Below, one piece after another: positions 1-9,670 of a DNA stretch of 64,000 bases. The first letter of the stretch is position 1. Every line of letters begins with the position of its first letter. The stretch is taken from contig VXRE01000049.1 of the NCBI GenBank assembly GCA_009838635.1, forward strand, positions 13,349 through 77,348. The letters run 5' to 3'. The notes below the pieces were generated by a model. It searched no databases and had not been told where the DNA came from. It saw only the letters and a list, made by a program, of their open reading frames with translations. A program made the position numbers and the translations under genes. This DNA comes from Acidimicrobiia bacterium. GTDB lineage: Bacteria; Actinomycetota; Acidimicrobiia; Spongiisociales; Spongiisociaceae.

Positions 1-1
1 C

Positions 2-1159
2 AACTACCCGTACAAGATCCTGGTCGTCGACGACGAGCCGGACCTGCAACCCCTCATCCTCCAGCGGATGCGCCGTCCGATCCGCTCCGGCAAGTACACG
101 TTCGAATTCGCGCAGAACGGCGTCGAGGCCCTCGAGAAACTGAACGCGCAACCCGACATCGACATGGTGGTGTCGGACATCAACATGCCGCAGATGGACG
201 GCCTGACGTTGCTGGACCAGATACCGAGCGTCAATCCGAACATCCGCTCCGTGATCATCTCCGCCTACGGCGACATGCAGAACATCCGCACCGCCATGAA
301 CCGCGGCGCCTTCGACTTCGTCACCAAGCCCCTCGACTTCAAGGACCTGCGCCACACCATTGCGCGAACCCTCCGTAACCTGGTGGAGTGGCGGGAGGCG
401 CTGGCCTCTCGCGACCAGTTGGTCGTGCTCCAGAACGAACTCGACGTAGCCAGCAAGATCCAGCAGTCCATCCTGCCGACCGAGTTCCCGCAGCACGAGA
501 GGTACGGGATACACGCCAGCATGGAACCCGCCCGCAACGTCGGCGGAGACTTCTATGACATCCTCATGCTGGAGCGAGACCACGTCGGGCTCGCCATAGC
601 CGACGTCTCCGACAAGGGCGTGCCCGCGTCGCTGTTCATGATGTCGAGCCGGACCCTCCTCAAGGGAACCGCCATCGGGTTGCCACAGCCCGGAATGGTC
701 CTGTCCGATGTCAACGACCTCCTGACCGAGGAGAACGAGACAGCCATGTTCGTGACGGTCTTCTACGCGGTGTACTCACCGATGACCGGCGAAGTGACCT
801 ACGCGAACGGCGGCCACAACCCTCCCCTGCTCATCCACGCCGATGGGAGCTCGGAGCTCGTTCCTCGGGTCGGGGGGATTGCCCTTGGGATCCTCCAAGG
901 GGCGCCCTTCGCGCAGGGAACCCTCACCTTGCAACCGGGCGACACGCTCCTGCTGTACACCGACGGCGTCACCGAGGCCATGAACGCTGACAACGAGGAG
1001 TTCGGCGTGGAGCGCCTGCAGGCGATCTTCCAGGAAGAACCGCCGACGTCTGCTCAGCACACCAACGAGGCCGTCTTCCGAGCCGTGCACTCCTTCGCCG
1101 GTGGCACGCCCCAGTCGGACGACATAACCTGCCTGACCATCTCCCGGATCCAGGGGTAG
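2..1159 (+). CDS. Response regulator with N-terminal receiver (REC) domain fused to a PP2C/SpoIIE-type serine phosphatase (RsbU-like). 5' end truncated by the window start.
   Basis: The frame is open from nt 2 (NYPYKILVVDDEPD...), upstream of the listed Met. The REC signature is VVDDE...DINMPQMDG...KP. The C-terminal part carries the PP2C motif GGDFYDI....DVSDKGVPASL and the TDGVTEA metal-binding motif. Confidence 0.8.
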   Translation, partial: NYPYKILVVDDEPDLQPLILQRMRRPIRSGKYTFEFAQNGVEALEKLNAQPDIDMVVSDINMPQMDGLTLLDQIPSVNPNIRSVIISAYGDMQNIRTAMNRGAFDFVTKPLDFKDLRHTIARTLRNLVEWREALASRDQLVVLQNELDVASKIQQSILPTEFPQHERYGIHASMEPARNVGGDFYDILMLERDHVGLAIADVSDKGVPASLFMMSSRTLLKGTAIGLPQPGMVLSDVNDLLTEENETAMFVTVFYAVYSPMTGEVTYANGGHNPPLLIHADGSSELVPRVGGIALGILQGAPFAQGTLTLQPGDTLLLYTDGVTEAMNADNEEFGVERLQAIFQEEPPTSAQHTNEAVFRAVHSFAGGTPQSDDITCLTISRIQG

Positions 1160-1161
1160 CG

Positions 1162-1599
1162 ATGACTTCGCGCTCGCTGGCGTTGGACTTCGAGCAAGGT
1201 ACGCAGGAGACCAACGCGGAGATGCTCCAGAGCATCTCCGCTCAGATCGAAGGCATAGGGGAAGAGGACGAGTGGTCCCCCAGGTTGCTCTACCTGGTCC
1301 AGTTATGCCTGGAGGAGTTGGCGCTCAACGCCATGACCTACGGTCGGCAGAAGGGCCTGTCCGAGTTCCAGGTATCGATCACGCCCGGCATCGAGGAGAT
1401 AGTGATCGAGCTGCATGACAACGGCGCTGCTTTCGACCCGACCAAGGACGCGCCGATCCCCGACCCCGATGCGGAAATGGATGATCGACCGATAGGCGGT
1501 CTGGGGATCTTTCTCATCCGGGAGATGGTGGACGACCTCGCGTATCGAAGGGAAGAGGGTTGGAACCATCTGACCATCACCATAAGGCGCGCCCAATAG
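1162..1599 (+). CDS. Anti-sigma regulatory factor-like GHKL Ser/Thr kinase (RsbW/SpoIIAB-like HATPase_c)
   Basis: The protein is 145 aa with ELALNA...HDNGAAFDP...GGLGIFLIREMVDDL motifs typical of HATPase_c_2 partner-switching kinases. Its start codon lies 2 nt after the stop of the upstream RsbU-like gene, consistent with translational coupling. Confidence 0.6.
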   Translation: MTSRSLALDFEQGTQETNAEMLQSISAQIEGIGEEDEWSPRLLYLVQLCLEELALNAMTYGRQKGLSEFQVSITPGIEEIVIELHDNGAAFDPTKDAPIPDPDAEMDDRPIGGLGIFLIREMVDDLAYRREEGWNHLTITIRRAQ

Positions 1600-1613
1600 G
1601 GGTTTCTGGCCGG

Positions 1614-2870
1614 ATGGGGGTCAGGAAGCGCCAGCCACGGACTCCTCAGGCCATCGGTTGCGGCATTCTCGTCCTCGCACTGGCCGCTTGCGGGTCGACT
1701 CTGACAGGCGATGGCCCCCGAGCCACCGATCCCACCACCACCTCCGCCACTACGGTCGCCTCGGGCCAGACCACCCCGGGTGTGGACGACCAGCGGGTCC
1801 TGTTCGGCCAGTCGGCGGCCCTCAGCGGCCCGGCCCAGGAGCTGGGGCTGGAAATGAGGCTGGGGATCAACGCCGCCTTCCACGAGGTGAACTCGAACGG
1901 CGGGGTGGCCGGTCGCCGCCTCGAACTGATCAGCCTCGACGACACCTACGAACCGGAACTGGCCATCGCCAACACCCTCCAGCTCATCGAGGACGAGGGG
2001 GTGTTCGCCCTGATCGGCGAGGTGGGAACCCCGACATCCCGATCGGCCACGCCGGTGGCGGCCGAAGCGGACGTCCCCTTCGTGGCGCCCTTCACCGGAG
2101 CTGCCTTCCTCCGGTCCGAGAGCTGGACCAATATCGTCAACCTCAGGGCGTCCTACGCACAGGAGACCGAGGAGATGGTGGCCCGTCTCACCCAGGACCT
2201 GGAGATCGAACGCATCGCGATCATGTACCAGGACGACTCGTTCGGCCGGACCGGATTGCAGGGCGCCCAGGCAGCACTCGAGCGCCGCGACATGCAGCCC
2301 GTCTCGGTGGGGATCTACCCCCGCAACACGACGGCCATCAAGACCGGCCTCATCGACCTTACCCTGGGCAACCCCGACGCGGTCATCGTGGTCGGCGCCT
2401 ACCAGCCCGTGGCGGCCCTGATCGCCTGGTCCCGACACATCGGCTTCGATCCCATCTTCATCACCATCTCCTTCGTGGGAAGCAACGCCCTGGCGAGGGA
2501 GCTCGGACCCGACGGCAAGGGCGTGTTCGTCACCCAGGTGGTGCCGTTCCCCACGGACACGTCCATACCGGTCGTAGCCTCGTACAACGACGCCCTGGCG
2601 GCCTACGCACCGGATGCTTCGCCCAGCTTCGTGTCCCTGGAGGGGTACCTGTCGGGACGGCTGGCCATCATCGGCCTGGAGGCATGCGGACCCGAACCGA
2701 CCCGCGCCTGCTTCCTGGAAGGCCTTCTGGATGGCGGCGTCATGGACATCGGGGGGTTCCCCCTCACCTTCGGCCCCGGTGACAACCAGGGTTCGGACCG
2801 CGTCTTCCTGACCTTCATCAACAGCGAAGGCGAGTACGAACCGGCCGAAGAGATCAAGAGGATATGGTGA
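1614..2870 (+). CDS. Periplasmic ligand-binding lipoprotein of the branched-chain amino-acid-binding type (Peripla_BP_6 / LivJ-like)
   Basis: The N-terminus MGVRKRQ...ILVLALAACGS has a lipobox. The body resembles Leu/Ile/Val-binding proteins (GQSAALSGP..., VNSNGGVAGRRLEL...DD). The start is chosen at the ATG just upstream of the signal peptide, so the ORF-track start at 1560 is probably too long. Confidence 0.7.
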   Translation: MGVRKRQPRTPQAIGCGILVLALAACGSTLTGDGPRATDPTTTSATTVASGQTTPGVDDQRVLFGQSAALSGPAQELGLEMRLGINAAFHEVNSNGGVAGRRLELISLDDTYEPELAIANTLQLIEDEGVFALIGEVGTPTSRSATPVAAEADVPFVAPFTGAAFLRSESWTNIVNLRASYAQETEEMVARLTQDLEIERIAIMYQDDSFGRTGLQGAQAALERRDMQPVSVGIYPRNTTAIKTGLIDLTLGNPDAVIVVGAYQPVAALIAWSRHIGFDPIFITISFVGSNALARELGPDGKGVFVTQVVPFPTDTSIPVVASYNDALAAYAPDASPSFVSLEGYLSGRLAIIGLEACGPEPTRACFLEGLLDGGVMDIGGFPLTFGPGDNQGSDRVFLTFINSEGEYEPAEEIKRIW

Positions 2871-5080
2871 ACTGGCTCGGCCGCCTCTGGGCGCTCCGCA
2901 CCCTCATATCCACCCAGATGTACATCGGGATCGGCGCAGTCGTCGCGCTGACCATTGCAGCCAGCTTCGTCGGTTGGGTCTCGTTCAACCGGGTCGGCGC
3001 CGCCCAGGCCAGGGTGGAGAACGAGAGCCTGCCCGAGATGGAGGTCGCCTTCCGGATGGCCGAGTACAGCCGGACCCTGGCCGCGGCGGCTCCCAGGCTG
3101 GTAGCCGCCCAGCCGACCGAGGTCGACGCGATATCCGAGGAGATCCGCCAGGCCCAGCAGGGGTTCGAGGATCAGATCCTCCTGTTGCAGAGGCTGGCGA
3201 GAACCGAAGACCATCTCCAGACCTACATACCCAATGCGCAGGCGGTCTTCTTCCAGTTGCTGTTCAACATCGACCGGATCCAGGGACAGCTCTCCCAGCA
3301 TCACGCTCTCGTCCAGCGAGCCGAGGAGCTGAGGCTGCTGATCATCGACCTGCGCTCCCGACTCGACGACATAATCGTCCCGGCCATCGACGATCAGCTG
3401 TTCTACCAGCTGACCGGGTTTCGCGATCTGGGCGAACCGCCGGCCAGCCGGACCCTCTACCTCTCGGAGACCGAGTTCAACCGCTACCGCCACCTTGCGT
3501 CGCTCAAGTCGGAGGCCACTCTGGCGACCCAGCTCCTGTCCAGCGGCCTGAGCGTCTCGGACGCGGCCTACATCGAGCCCCTCCAGGAGAGCTTCGAATC
3601 GACCTCCGGGCGCCTCGCGATCAGCCTGGGCGCCATCGAGGGAACCGAACTCCATACCTCCCTCACCCCGCTCTTCGGTCAACTGCTCAGCACGGCCACG
3701 ACTCAGGGGGACGGCTTCGACCTCCTGATCGAGAAGCTCAGGCTGGAGGAGAGCCAGGATGCCCTGTTGCTCCACACGACCGAGTTGGCCGCGGAACTGA
3801 CCACGGAGGTCGATGGCCTAGTCACCTCCGCCAACCTGGCCGCCGATGCGGCCAACCAGGCCTCCGACAACGCCATCAACACCGGCCGCGCCCTGCTGGT
3901 AACGATCAGCGTCCTCGGCGTGCTCGCGGCCTTCGCCATCAGTTACGGCTTCGTGGGCCGGGTCCTGCTCCGCCGGATCCACATACTGTCGGCGCGCATG
4001 CGGCAGATGGCCGACGGGGACCTCGAAGCAGAGGTCAACATCAAGGGCCGGGACGAGGTGGCCGACATGGCCGCCGCCCTGGAGGTCTTCCGGCGCCACG
4101 CGCTCGAGGTCCAGCGCCTGAACCTGGTCGAGAAGATGGCCGCCGAGTTGGTCGAGAAGAACAGCCAGTTGGAAGAGGTCCTGTCCGAGCTGGAGCGGGC
4201 CCAGGACCAGATCGTGATGCAGGAGAAGCTGGCGGCACTCGGTGAGGTCACCGCCGGGGTGGCTCACGAGATCCGCAACCCGCTGAACTTCGTGAAGAAC
4301 TTCTCGGAAGCATCCGAGGAGCTGCTGGAGGAACTCGAGGAGATCCTCGAAGAGGACGACCTGGACGAGGACGAGATAGCCGAGATCGTCGAGGATCTGA
4401 ACGACAACCTCGAACGGATCCGCCGGCATAGCGAGCGGGCCAACCGGATCGTGCAGGACATGCTGATGATGGGCCGGGGTGGTGGCGAGTGGCAGACCGT
4501 GGATCTGAACACCGTCTTCAACGAGCACGCCCAACTGGCCTACCACAGCGCCCGGGCCGTGGATCCCGACTTCCAGCTGACCATCGAGCGCGACTTCGAT
4601 CCCGACGTAGGCGACATGGAGGCCATCCCGCAGGACTTGGGCCGGGTCTTCCTCAACATGGTGGGCAACTCCTGCCAGGCCGTCGACTTCAAGCGGGTGT
4701 CGATCCAGGAGACGCCCCGCGACGGCACGCCCTACATGCCCACCGTCTGGCTGAAGACCAAACGAGTCGGTGACCGGGCCCACGTCATCATCCGCGACAA
4801 CGGGGACGGCATCCCTGAGGACGTGATCGACAAGATCTTCAATCCCTTCTTCACCACCAAGCCCACCGACAAGGGCACCGGCCTGGGTCTGGCGCTCTCG
4901 AGCGACATCGTCCGGACGCACGGCGGAGCCATCTCGGTCGAGTCGGAGGAGGGTGAGTTCACGCAGATGACGGTCGACCTACCACTCAGACGGCCCGAGG
5001 GAGCGTCCGAAGCCGATCAGGCGTACGCGGACCGGTTGATCGACGAGGATGACGATGATGACGACTACGAGGACGAGTGA
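2864..5080 (+). CDS. Sensor histidine kinase with periplasmic sensor, HAMP, coiled coil, and HisKA/HATPase_c domains
   Basis: It has an N-terminal TM segment, a second TM followed by HAMP (RRIHILSARMRQMADGDLEAEV), and the H-box AHEIRNPLNF. The N/G boxes are present (DNGDGIPE, GTGLGLAL). There is an acidic insert between the H and N boxes and a poly-Asp tail (DEDDDDDDYEDE). Its ATG overlaps the stop of the binding-protein gene (ATGGTGA). Confidence 0.85.
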   Translation: MVNWLGRLWALRTLISTQMYIGIGAVVALTIAASFVGWVSFNRVGAAQARVENESLPEMEVAFRMAEYSRTLAAAAPRLVAAQPTEVDAISEEIRQAQQGFEDQILLLQRLARTEDHLQTYIPNAQAVFFQLLFNIDRIQGQLSQHHALVQRAEELRLLIIDLRSRLDDIIVPAIDDQLFYQLTGFRDLGEPPASRTLYLSETEFNRYRHLASLKSEATLATQLLSSGLSVSDAAYIEPLQESFESTSGRLAISLGAIEGTELHTSLTPLFGQLLSTATTQGDGFDLLIEKLRLEESQDALLLHTTELAAELTTEVDGLVTSANLAADAANQASDNAINTGRALLVTISVLGVLAAFAISYGFVGRVLLRRIHILSARMRQMADGDLEAEVNIKGRDEVADMAAALEVFRRHALEVQRLNLVEKMAAELVEKNSQLEEVLSELERAQDQIVMQEKLAALGEVTAGVAHEIRNPLNFVKNFSEASEELLEELEEILEEDDLDEDEIAEIVEDLNDNLERIRRHSERANRIVQDMLMMGRGGGEWQTVDLNTVFNEHAQLAYHSARAVDPDFQLTIERDFDPDVGDMEAIPQDLGRVFLNMVGNSCQAVDFKRVSIQETPRDGTPYMPTVWLKTKRVGDRAHVIIRDNGDGIPEDVIDKIFNPFFTTKPTDKGTGLGLALSSDIVRTHGGAISVESEEGEFTQMTVDLPLRRPEGASEADQAYADRLIDEDDDDDDYEDE

Positions 5081-5090
5081 GAGCCCTCGT

Positions 5091-5348
5091 TCAGTGGTCC
5101 ATCGCCCGGATCATGCCGAGAAAACCGCCGCCGAAAACGCCGAACAGGACACCCGGGAGCAAGGCGGTAGCCACCGAGGTCTGCCAGCTCTGACCGGTCA
5201 TCAACCAGACGGCGACGGTCATGAAGACGATCATCAGGGGTAGTCCGACGATGGAGCCCTTCATGATGGCCATACCGAAGGCCAGATCGCTACCGGCGTC
5301 GTGCGATCCGTCGCCTTCCCGAACCTGATCCGGACTGTGATCCGCCAT
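5091..5348 (-). CDS. Small hypothetical membrane protein (2 predicted TM helices, Gly-rich)
   Basis: The ORF has a coding-like GC3 and hydrophobic segments (IVGLPLMIVFMTVAVWLM and LLPGVLFGVFGGGFLGM). I recognise no family, and the start is uncertain (MADHSPD at 5348 or the M at 5369). Confidence 0.4.
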   Translation of the reverse strand: MADHSPDQVREGDGSHDAGSDLAFGMAIMKGSIVGLPLMIVFMTVAVWLMTGQSWQTSVATALLPGVLFGVFGGGFLGMIRAMDH

Positions 5349-5512
5349 CTTCACCTCTCGACCCCACAAGAACGGGCAACCTACTCGGGACCGGCCACGT
5401 TACCGCAGCCCGCCCGCAGTCCCGACTCTAGTGGTGTGTCCAGCCTTCCCGGGTCTGCCCAGGAAGTCGCCACCTGCATGAACGTCGACCTCCCCATCGA
5501 GGAGATCCCACG

Positions 5513-7939
5513 TTGAAGTCGGAGGCTCAGGCCGTGGTGATCGGCGGCGGCGTGGTCGGTTGCTCCGTCCTCTACCACCTCACCAAGGCGGGCTGGAGCG
5601 ACGTGATGCTGGTCGAGCGTCTCGAGCTGGCCGCCGGATCGTCGTGGCATGCGGCCGGGGGCATACACACGCACAACGGGAGCGTCGACCTCGCCGCCCT
5701 CCAGCGGTACACCGTCGAGCTGTATCCCGAGGTCGAGAGGATTTCCGGGCAGGACTGCGGTCTCCACTTGACCGGCGGTTTGCAGCTGGCCGACTCCCCC
5801 GCGTGGATGGACTGGCTGAGGACGGTGCACGCCAGGGGCCGGTACCTGGGAATGGAGACCGAGCTCATCTCCGTCCGGGAGGCGGCCGAGATCTTCCCGC
5901 TGATGGAACCCTCGCTCTTCGTGGGAGCCATGTGGGACCGGCACGAGGGTCATGTTGACCCGTCGGGGGTCGTCCGGGCCTACGCCGGGGCCGCCGAGGT
6001 GGGCGGCGCCACCGTGGTCCGTAACACGATGGTCGAAGCCCTATCGCAGCGTGCGGACGGCACCTGGGACATCCGCACCAGCCGGGGAGACATCCACACC
6101 GAGCACGTGGTGAACGCGGGCGGGCTCTGGGGTCGCGAAGTAGGGCGGATGGTCGGCCTGGAACTGCCGCTGCTGGCCATGGCCCACCAGTACATCGTGA
6201 CCGAACCCGTGCCCGCAGTCGCCGAGCACCGGGAGGCCACGGGGAAGGAACTGCCCACCGTGGTCGACTTCGGCGGTGAGATCTACATGAGGGAGGAATC
6301 CGGCGGCATCCTGCTGGGCACCTACGAACAGGATCACAAGCCGTGGTCGCCCCGGGACACGCCGTGGAGCTTCGGCAGCGAGTTGTTACCGCCGGAGATC
6401 GATCGGATCGCCCCCGAGCTCGAAGCAGGATTCACCCACTACCCCGCCCTGGCCGACGCCGGAATACGGAACATCGTGCACGGTCCGTTCGTCTTCTCCC
6501 CCGACGGCAACCCATGTATCGGTCCGGTCAAGGGGATACGCAATTTCTGGCTGGCGGTGGGCGTCATGGCCGGTTTCTGCCAGGCCGGTGGAGTAGGCCT
6601 GGCCCTGGCCAACTGGATGGCCGAGGGGGATCCCGGGCTCGACGTGTGGGCGATGGACGCCGCCCGCTTCGGCGACTGGGCCACCATCGACTACACGAAC
6701 GCCAAGGTGCGCGAGAACTACTCGAGGCGGTTCAAGATCACCTTCCCGAACGAGGAACTGCCCGCAGCCCGGCCGCTCCACACCACCCCTCTCCACGACC
6801 GGTACACGCAGGCAAATGCCGTGTGGGGCGCCGCATTCGGGCTCGAAGTGCCTCTGTGGTTCCAGGATCGCGGTAGGGAGCCCGTCGAGGAGGTTACGTT
6901 CCGTCGTTCCAACGCCTTCCCGGTGGTCGCCGCGGAGTGCGCCGCGGTCCGTGGCGGGGTGGGCATGATCGAGATTTCGGGGTTTGCCAAGTACCGGGTC
7001 GAGGGTCGGGATGCCGCGTCATGGCTCGACCGGATCCTCGCCAACAACGTCCCGCCGCCCGGCCGCATCACCCTCAGCCCGATGCTGAACCACCAGGGCA
7101 AGCTGATCGGCGACTTCACCGTTGCCAACCTCGGAGACCACTACATCGTGTTCGGCTCGGGTCCCGCCGAGGACTACCACATGCGCTGGTTCCTCTCCCG
7201 GATTCCCCCCGACTGCCGGGTAGAGGTCGCGCCGCTCGGACGGACGATGGTCGGACTGTCGATCGCCGGCCCGGCCTCGCGCCACGTGCTGGCGGCGGTC
7301 GCGGACCAGGACGTCGGCCCCGACGTCCTCCGCTTCATGGACATCAAGGCCATGGACCTCCGGATGGTCCCGGCGCTGGTCGGCAGGCTCACCTACACCG
7401 GAGACCTCGGATACGAGATCTGGGTGGGGCCGGAGCACCTCGTGGCCCTGTACGAGGTGCTGCTCGACGCCGGACGGGAACACGGGATCCGTGACTTCGG
7501 TCTCCTGGCCCTCGACTCGTTAAGGCTGGAGAAGGGATTCGGTTCCTGGGCCCGGGAGTACCGGCCGGTTTACGGCCCGGCGGAAGCGGGCCTGTCACGG
7601 TTCGTAGCCCTCGACAAGGGAGAATTCGTAGGGGATGAAGCCGCCCGGCGGGAGCGGGAGAAAGGTCCGGAGCGGCGGCTGGTCACGATGGTCGTCGATG
7701 TTGCCGATGCCGACGCGGTGGGCGACGAACCGGTCTGGCATGGCGGCGAGGTGGTGGGCTGGGTGACATCGGGGGGTTATGCCCACACGGTGGGCTGCTC
7801 GGTCGCCCTCGGGTACGTACCGTCCGAGTTGGCCGAACCCGGGCAGCGCTTCGAGATCGAGATCCTCGGGAGCCGGCGCAAGGCCACCCTGCAGCCCGCT
7901 CCCCTGTTCGATCCGCAAGGTATCCGGATGCGTAGCTAG
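5513..7939 (+). CDS. Dimethylglycine/sarcosine dehydrogenase family protein (FAD-dependent DAO domain fused to GcvT aminomethyltransferase-like folate-binding domains)
   Basis: The Rossmann motif VVIGGGVVGCS is followed by AGSSWHAAGG. Length is 808 aa with a C-terminal GcvT-like region. A TTG start at 5513 is preceded by GAGGAG 8 nt upstream. Confidence 0.8.
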   Translation: MKSEAQAVVIGGGVVGCSVLYHLTKAGWSDVMLVERLELAAGSSWHAAGGIHTHNGSVDLAALQRYTVELYPEVERISGQDCGLHLTGGLQLADSPAWMDWLRTVHARGRYLGMETELISVREAAEIFPLMEPSLFVGAMWDRHEGHVDPSGVVRAYAGAAEVGGATVVRNTMVEALSQRADGTWDIRTSRGDIHTEHVVNAGGLWGREVGRMVGLELPLLAMAHQYIVTEPVPAVAEHREATGKELPTVVDFGGEIYMREESGGILLGTYEQDHKPWSPRDTPWSFGSELLPPEIDRIAPELEAGFTHYPALADAGIRNIVHGPFVFSPDGNPCIGPVKGIRNFWLAVGVMAGFCQAGGVGLALANWMAEGDPGLDVWAMDAARFGDWATIDYTNAKVRENYSRRFKITFPNEELPAARPLHTTPLHDRYTQANAVWGAAFGLEVPLWFQDRGREPVEEVTFRRSNAFPVVAAECAAVRGGVGMIEISGFAKYRVEGRDAASWLDRILANNVPPPGRITLSPMLNHQGKLIGDFTVANLGDHYIVFGSGPAEDYHMRWFLSRIPPDCRVEVAPLGRTMVGLSIAGPASRHVLAAVADQDVGPDVLRFMDIKAMDLRMVPALVGRLTYTGDLGYEIWVGPEHLVALYEVLLDAGREHGIRDFGLLALDSLRLEKGFGSWAREYRPVYGPAEAGLSRFVALDKGEFVGDEAARREREKGPERRLVTMVVDVADADAVGDEPVWHGGEVVGWVTSGGYAHTVGCSVALGYVPSELAEPGQRFEIEILGSRRKATLQPAPLFDPQGIRMRS

Positions 7940-8127
7940 TTGCTAGTTGTCGACAGATTGTTGTCTTAGATCAGATCGTTCCAGTGTCCGTGGGTTGATC
8001 GAGTGACCTCATGGGAGGCGGGCCACACCTCACGCGGGCCTTGCACCGTCGTGGATGACAACTGAGATAAATACTCGTCGGCGGATACTTTCGATGCAGA
8101 GGCGGGACGGCGGGTCCGCCGATCTGC

Positions 8128-9603
8128 TCAGAGGAACCGGGCCAGACGCTCTACTCCCGGGCGAATCGCCTCCCGATCGATGGCGGCGAACCCGAGTTGG
8201 AAGTAGCGAGCAGGACGGTCCGGGCCCAGGAAGCAGGATCGGCCCGGTTCGATCACCACCCCGTCATCCAGTGCCCGCTCCGCTAGGAAGGTTGAGTCCA
8301 GATCCTCCGGGCCGGCCACCCAGAGGCTCATTCCCCCGTCGGTGCCCGGAACCGGCCATGGAAACAGGTCGTCCACCGCTTCGGTGATGGCCTGCCACTT
8401 GGACCTGAGCACCCGGCGGTGCCTTCTGATCACCCTTCCGTAATCACCCACCTCCATCATCAGGGCGGTGGTGCGCTGGATGATCCCCGGAGGATGCCTG
8501 AGCATGTGATGTCGCAGGCGGCGCAGATGGTCGATCAGGACGGGATCGGCCACCACGAATCCGAGTCTCAGCCCGGGGGCCAGGAACTTGGAGAAACTCC
8601 CTACGTAGACGACCCGTCCTGTCGTGTCCAGGGCCTTGAGTGCCGGCGGGGGCCGGCGGGAGTAGCAGTACTCCGAGTCGTAGTCGTCCTCCACGATCAG
8701 CGCGCCGTCCCGGGCAGCCTGGGCCAGCAGCTTTCGCCGCCGGCCGATCGTCATCGTCACGTTGGTAGGGAATTGACGCCCCGGAGTGACGAACACCATG
8801 TCCAGCCCCGAGAGGCCTTGGGGAGCGGTCGCGCCGTGGGCGTCGACCGGCAACGGCACCAGCCTCGCCTCCTGCTTGAGGAAGATCCTCCGGGCGTCGG
8901 GATAACCGGGATCCTCGATGCCCACCGTGGATCCGGCTCCGATCAGTGCCTCCGCGACCAGATGGAGTCCGTGCTGGGTTCCCAGCGTCACCAGAATCTG
9001 GTCAGGCGTGGCCTGGATGCCCCTACCGGGAAGGATGATGCGCCGGATCTGCTCTACGAGGAGCGGGTCATCCTGGTCGTCCAGGTTGTGGAGGCTGGTG
9101 CCTCGGTGTTCCTCGCGCAGCGCCGTGCGCATGGCCTTGGTCCACGAACCGATCGGGAATCCCTCCGGACCGGGACCGACCACGAACGGAAAGGGGTACG
9201 AGCGCCAATCGGCCGGCCGGGTCCGTTCGTCATCGTCTTCGGCCGGGGCGCCCAACCTCTCATCCCAGCGGACCCGGGGCGGGGTGGATGATCCATCCCT
9301 CTCCGGCCCACCGGCCGCGCCGTCACCGAGCCCGTCGTTCACCACATAACCGACCCGTTCGATCGGCTCGATGAACCCCTCCACCGCCAACTCCCGGTAG
9401 GCCCGGTTCACCGTGTTGCGAGAGACGTCCAGGTGGTCCGCCAGCACCCGCGACGACGGGAGCATCGCACCCCCGCGCAGCTCCCCCCTCTCGATCGCCC
9501 TGGTCAGCCCGTCCTTGAGACGGCGATAGCGCGGCTTGTTCGTCTCGTCGCTCAGGGAGTCGGACAGGCGGGCCACCGTCGCGTAATGCTGCTCAGCCGT
9601 CAT
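8128..9603 (-). CDS. MocR/GabR-type transcriptional regulator (GntR HTH fused to a PLP aminotransferase-like domain)
   Basis: The N-terminus has a GntR wHTH (YRRLKDGLTRAIERGEL...LPSSRVLADHLDVSRNTVNRAYREL), and the long C-terminus is a class-I aminotransferase fold. It is divergent from a class-III aminotransferase gene, the classic MocR arrangement. Confidence 0.8.
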   Translation of the reverse strand: MTAEQHYATVARLSDSLSDETNKPRYRRLKDGLTRAIERGELRGGAMLPSSRVLADHLDVSRNTVNRAYRELAVEGFIEPIERVGYVVNDGLGDGAAGGPERDGSSTPPRVRWDERLGAPAEDDDERTRPADWRSYPFPFVVGPGPEGFPIGSWTKAMRTALREEHRGTSLHNLDDQDDPLLVEQIRRIILPGRGIQATPDQILVTLGTQHGLHLVAEALIGAGSTVGIEDPGYPDARRIFLKQEARLVPLPVDAHGATAPQGLSGLDMVFVTPGRQFPTNVTMTIGRRRKLLAQAARDGALIVEDDYDSEYCYSRRPPPALKALDTTGRVVYVGSFSKFLAPGLRLGFVVADPVLIDHLRRLRHHMLRHPPGIIQRTTALMMEVGDYGRVIRRHRRVLRSKWQAITEAVDDLFPWPVPGTDGGMSLWVAGPEDLDSTFLAERALDDGVVIEPGRSCFLGPDRPARYFQLGFAAIDREAIRPGVERLARFL

Positions 9604-9670
9604 CGTTCACCGCCCAGCGGATGGGCATTATCACTCTACCCAAGCCCGGCGGGCAGGTAGACTTCGGGAC

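Noticed and set aside
1338-4921. Long antisense or alternative-frame ORFs overlapping the binding-protein and kinase genes (1338-2438 -, 1658-2782 +, 2603-3775 -, 2974-4245 +, 3818-4921 -)
   Set aside because: They are Arg/Pro/Gly-rich translations typical of stop-codon-poor high-GC DNA. They have no recognisable domains and fully overlap well-supported genes on the other strand or frame.
7940-8127. 188-bp convergent intergenic region with a (GCTAGTT)x2 direct repeat and an AT-richer stretch
   Set aside because: I could see no tRNA-like fold, terminator hairpin or conserved motif. It is probably just 3' UTR or terminator space.
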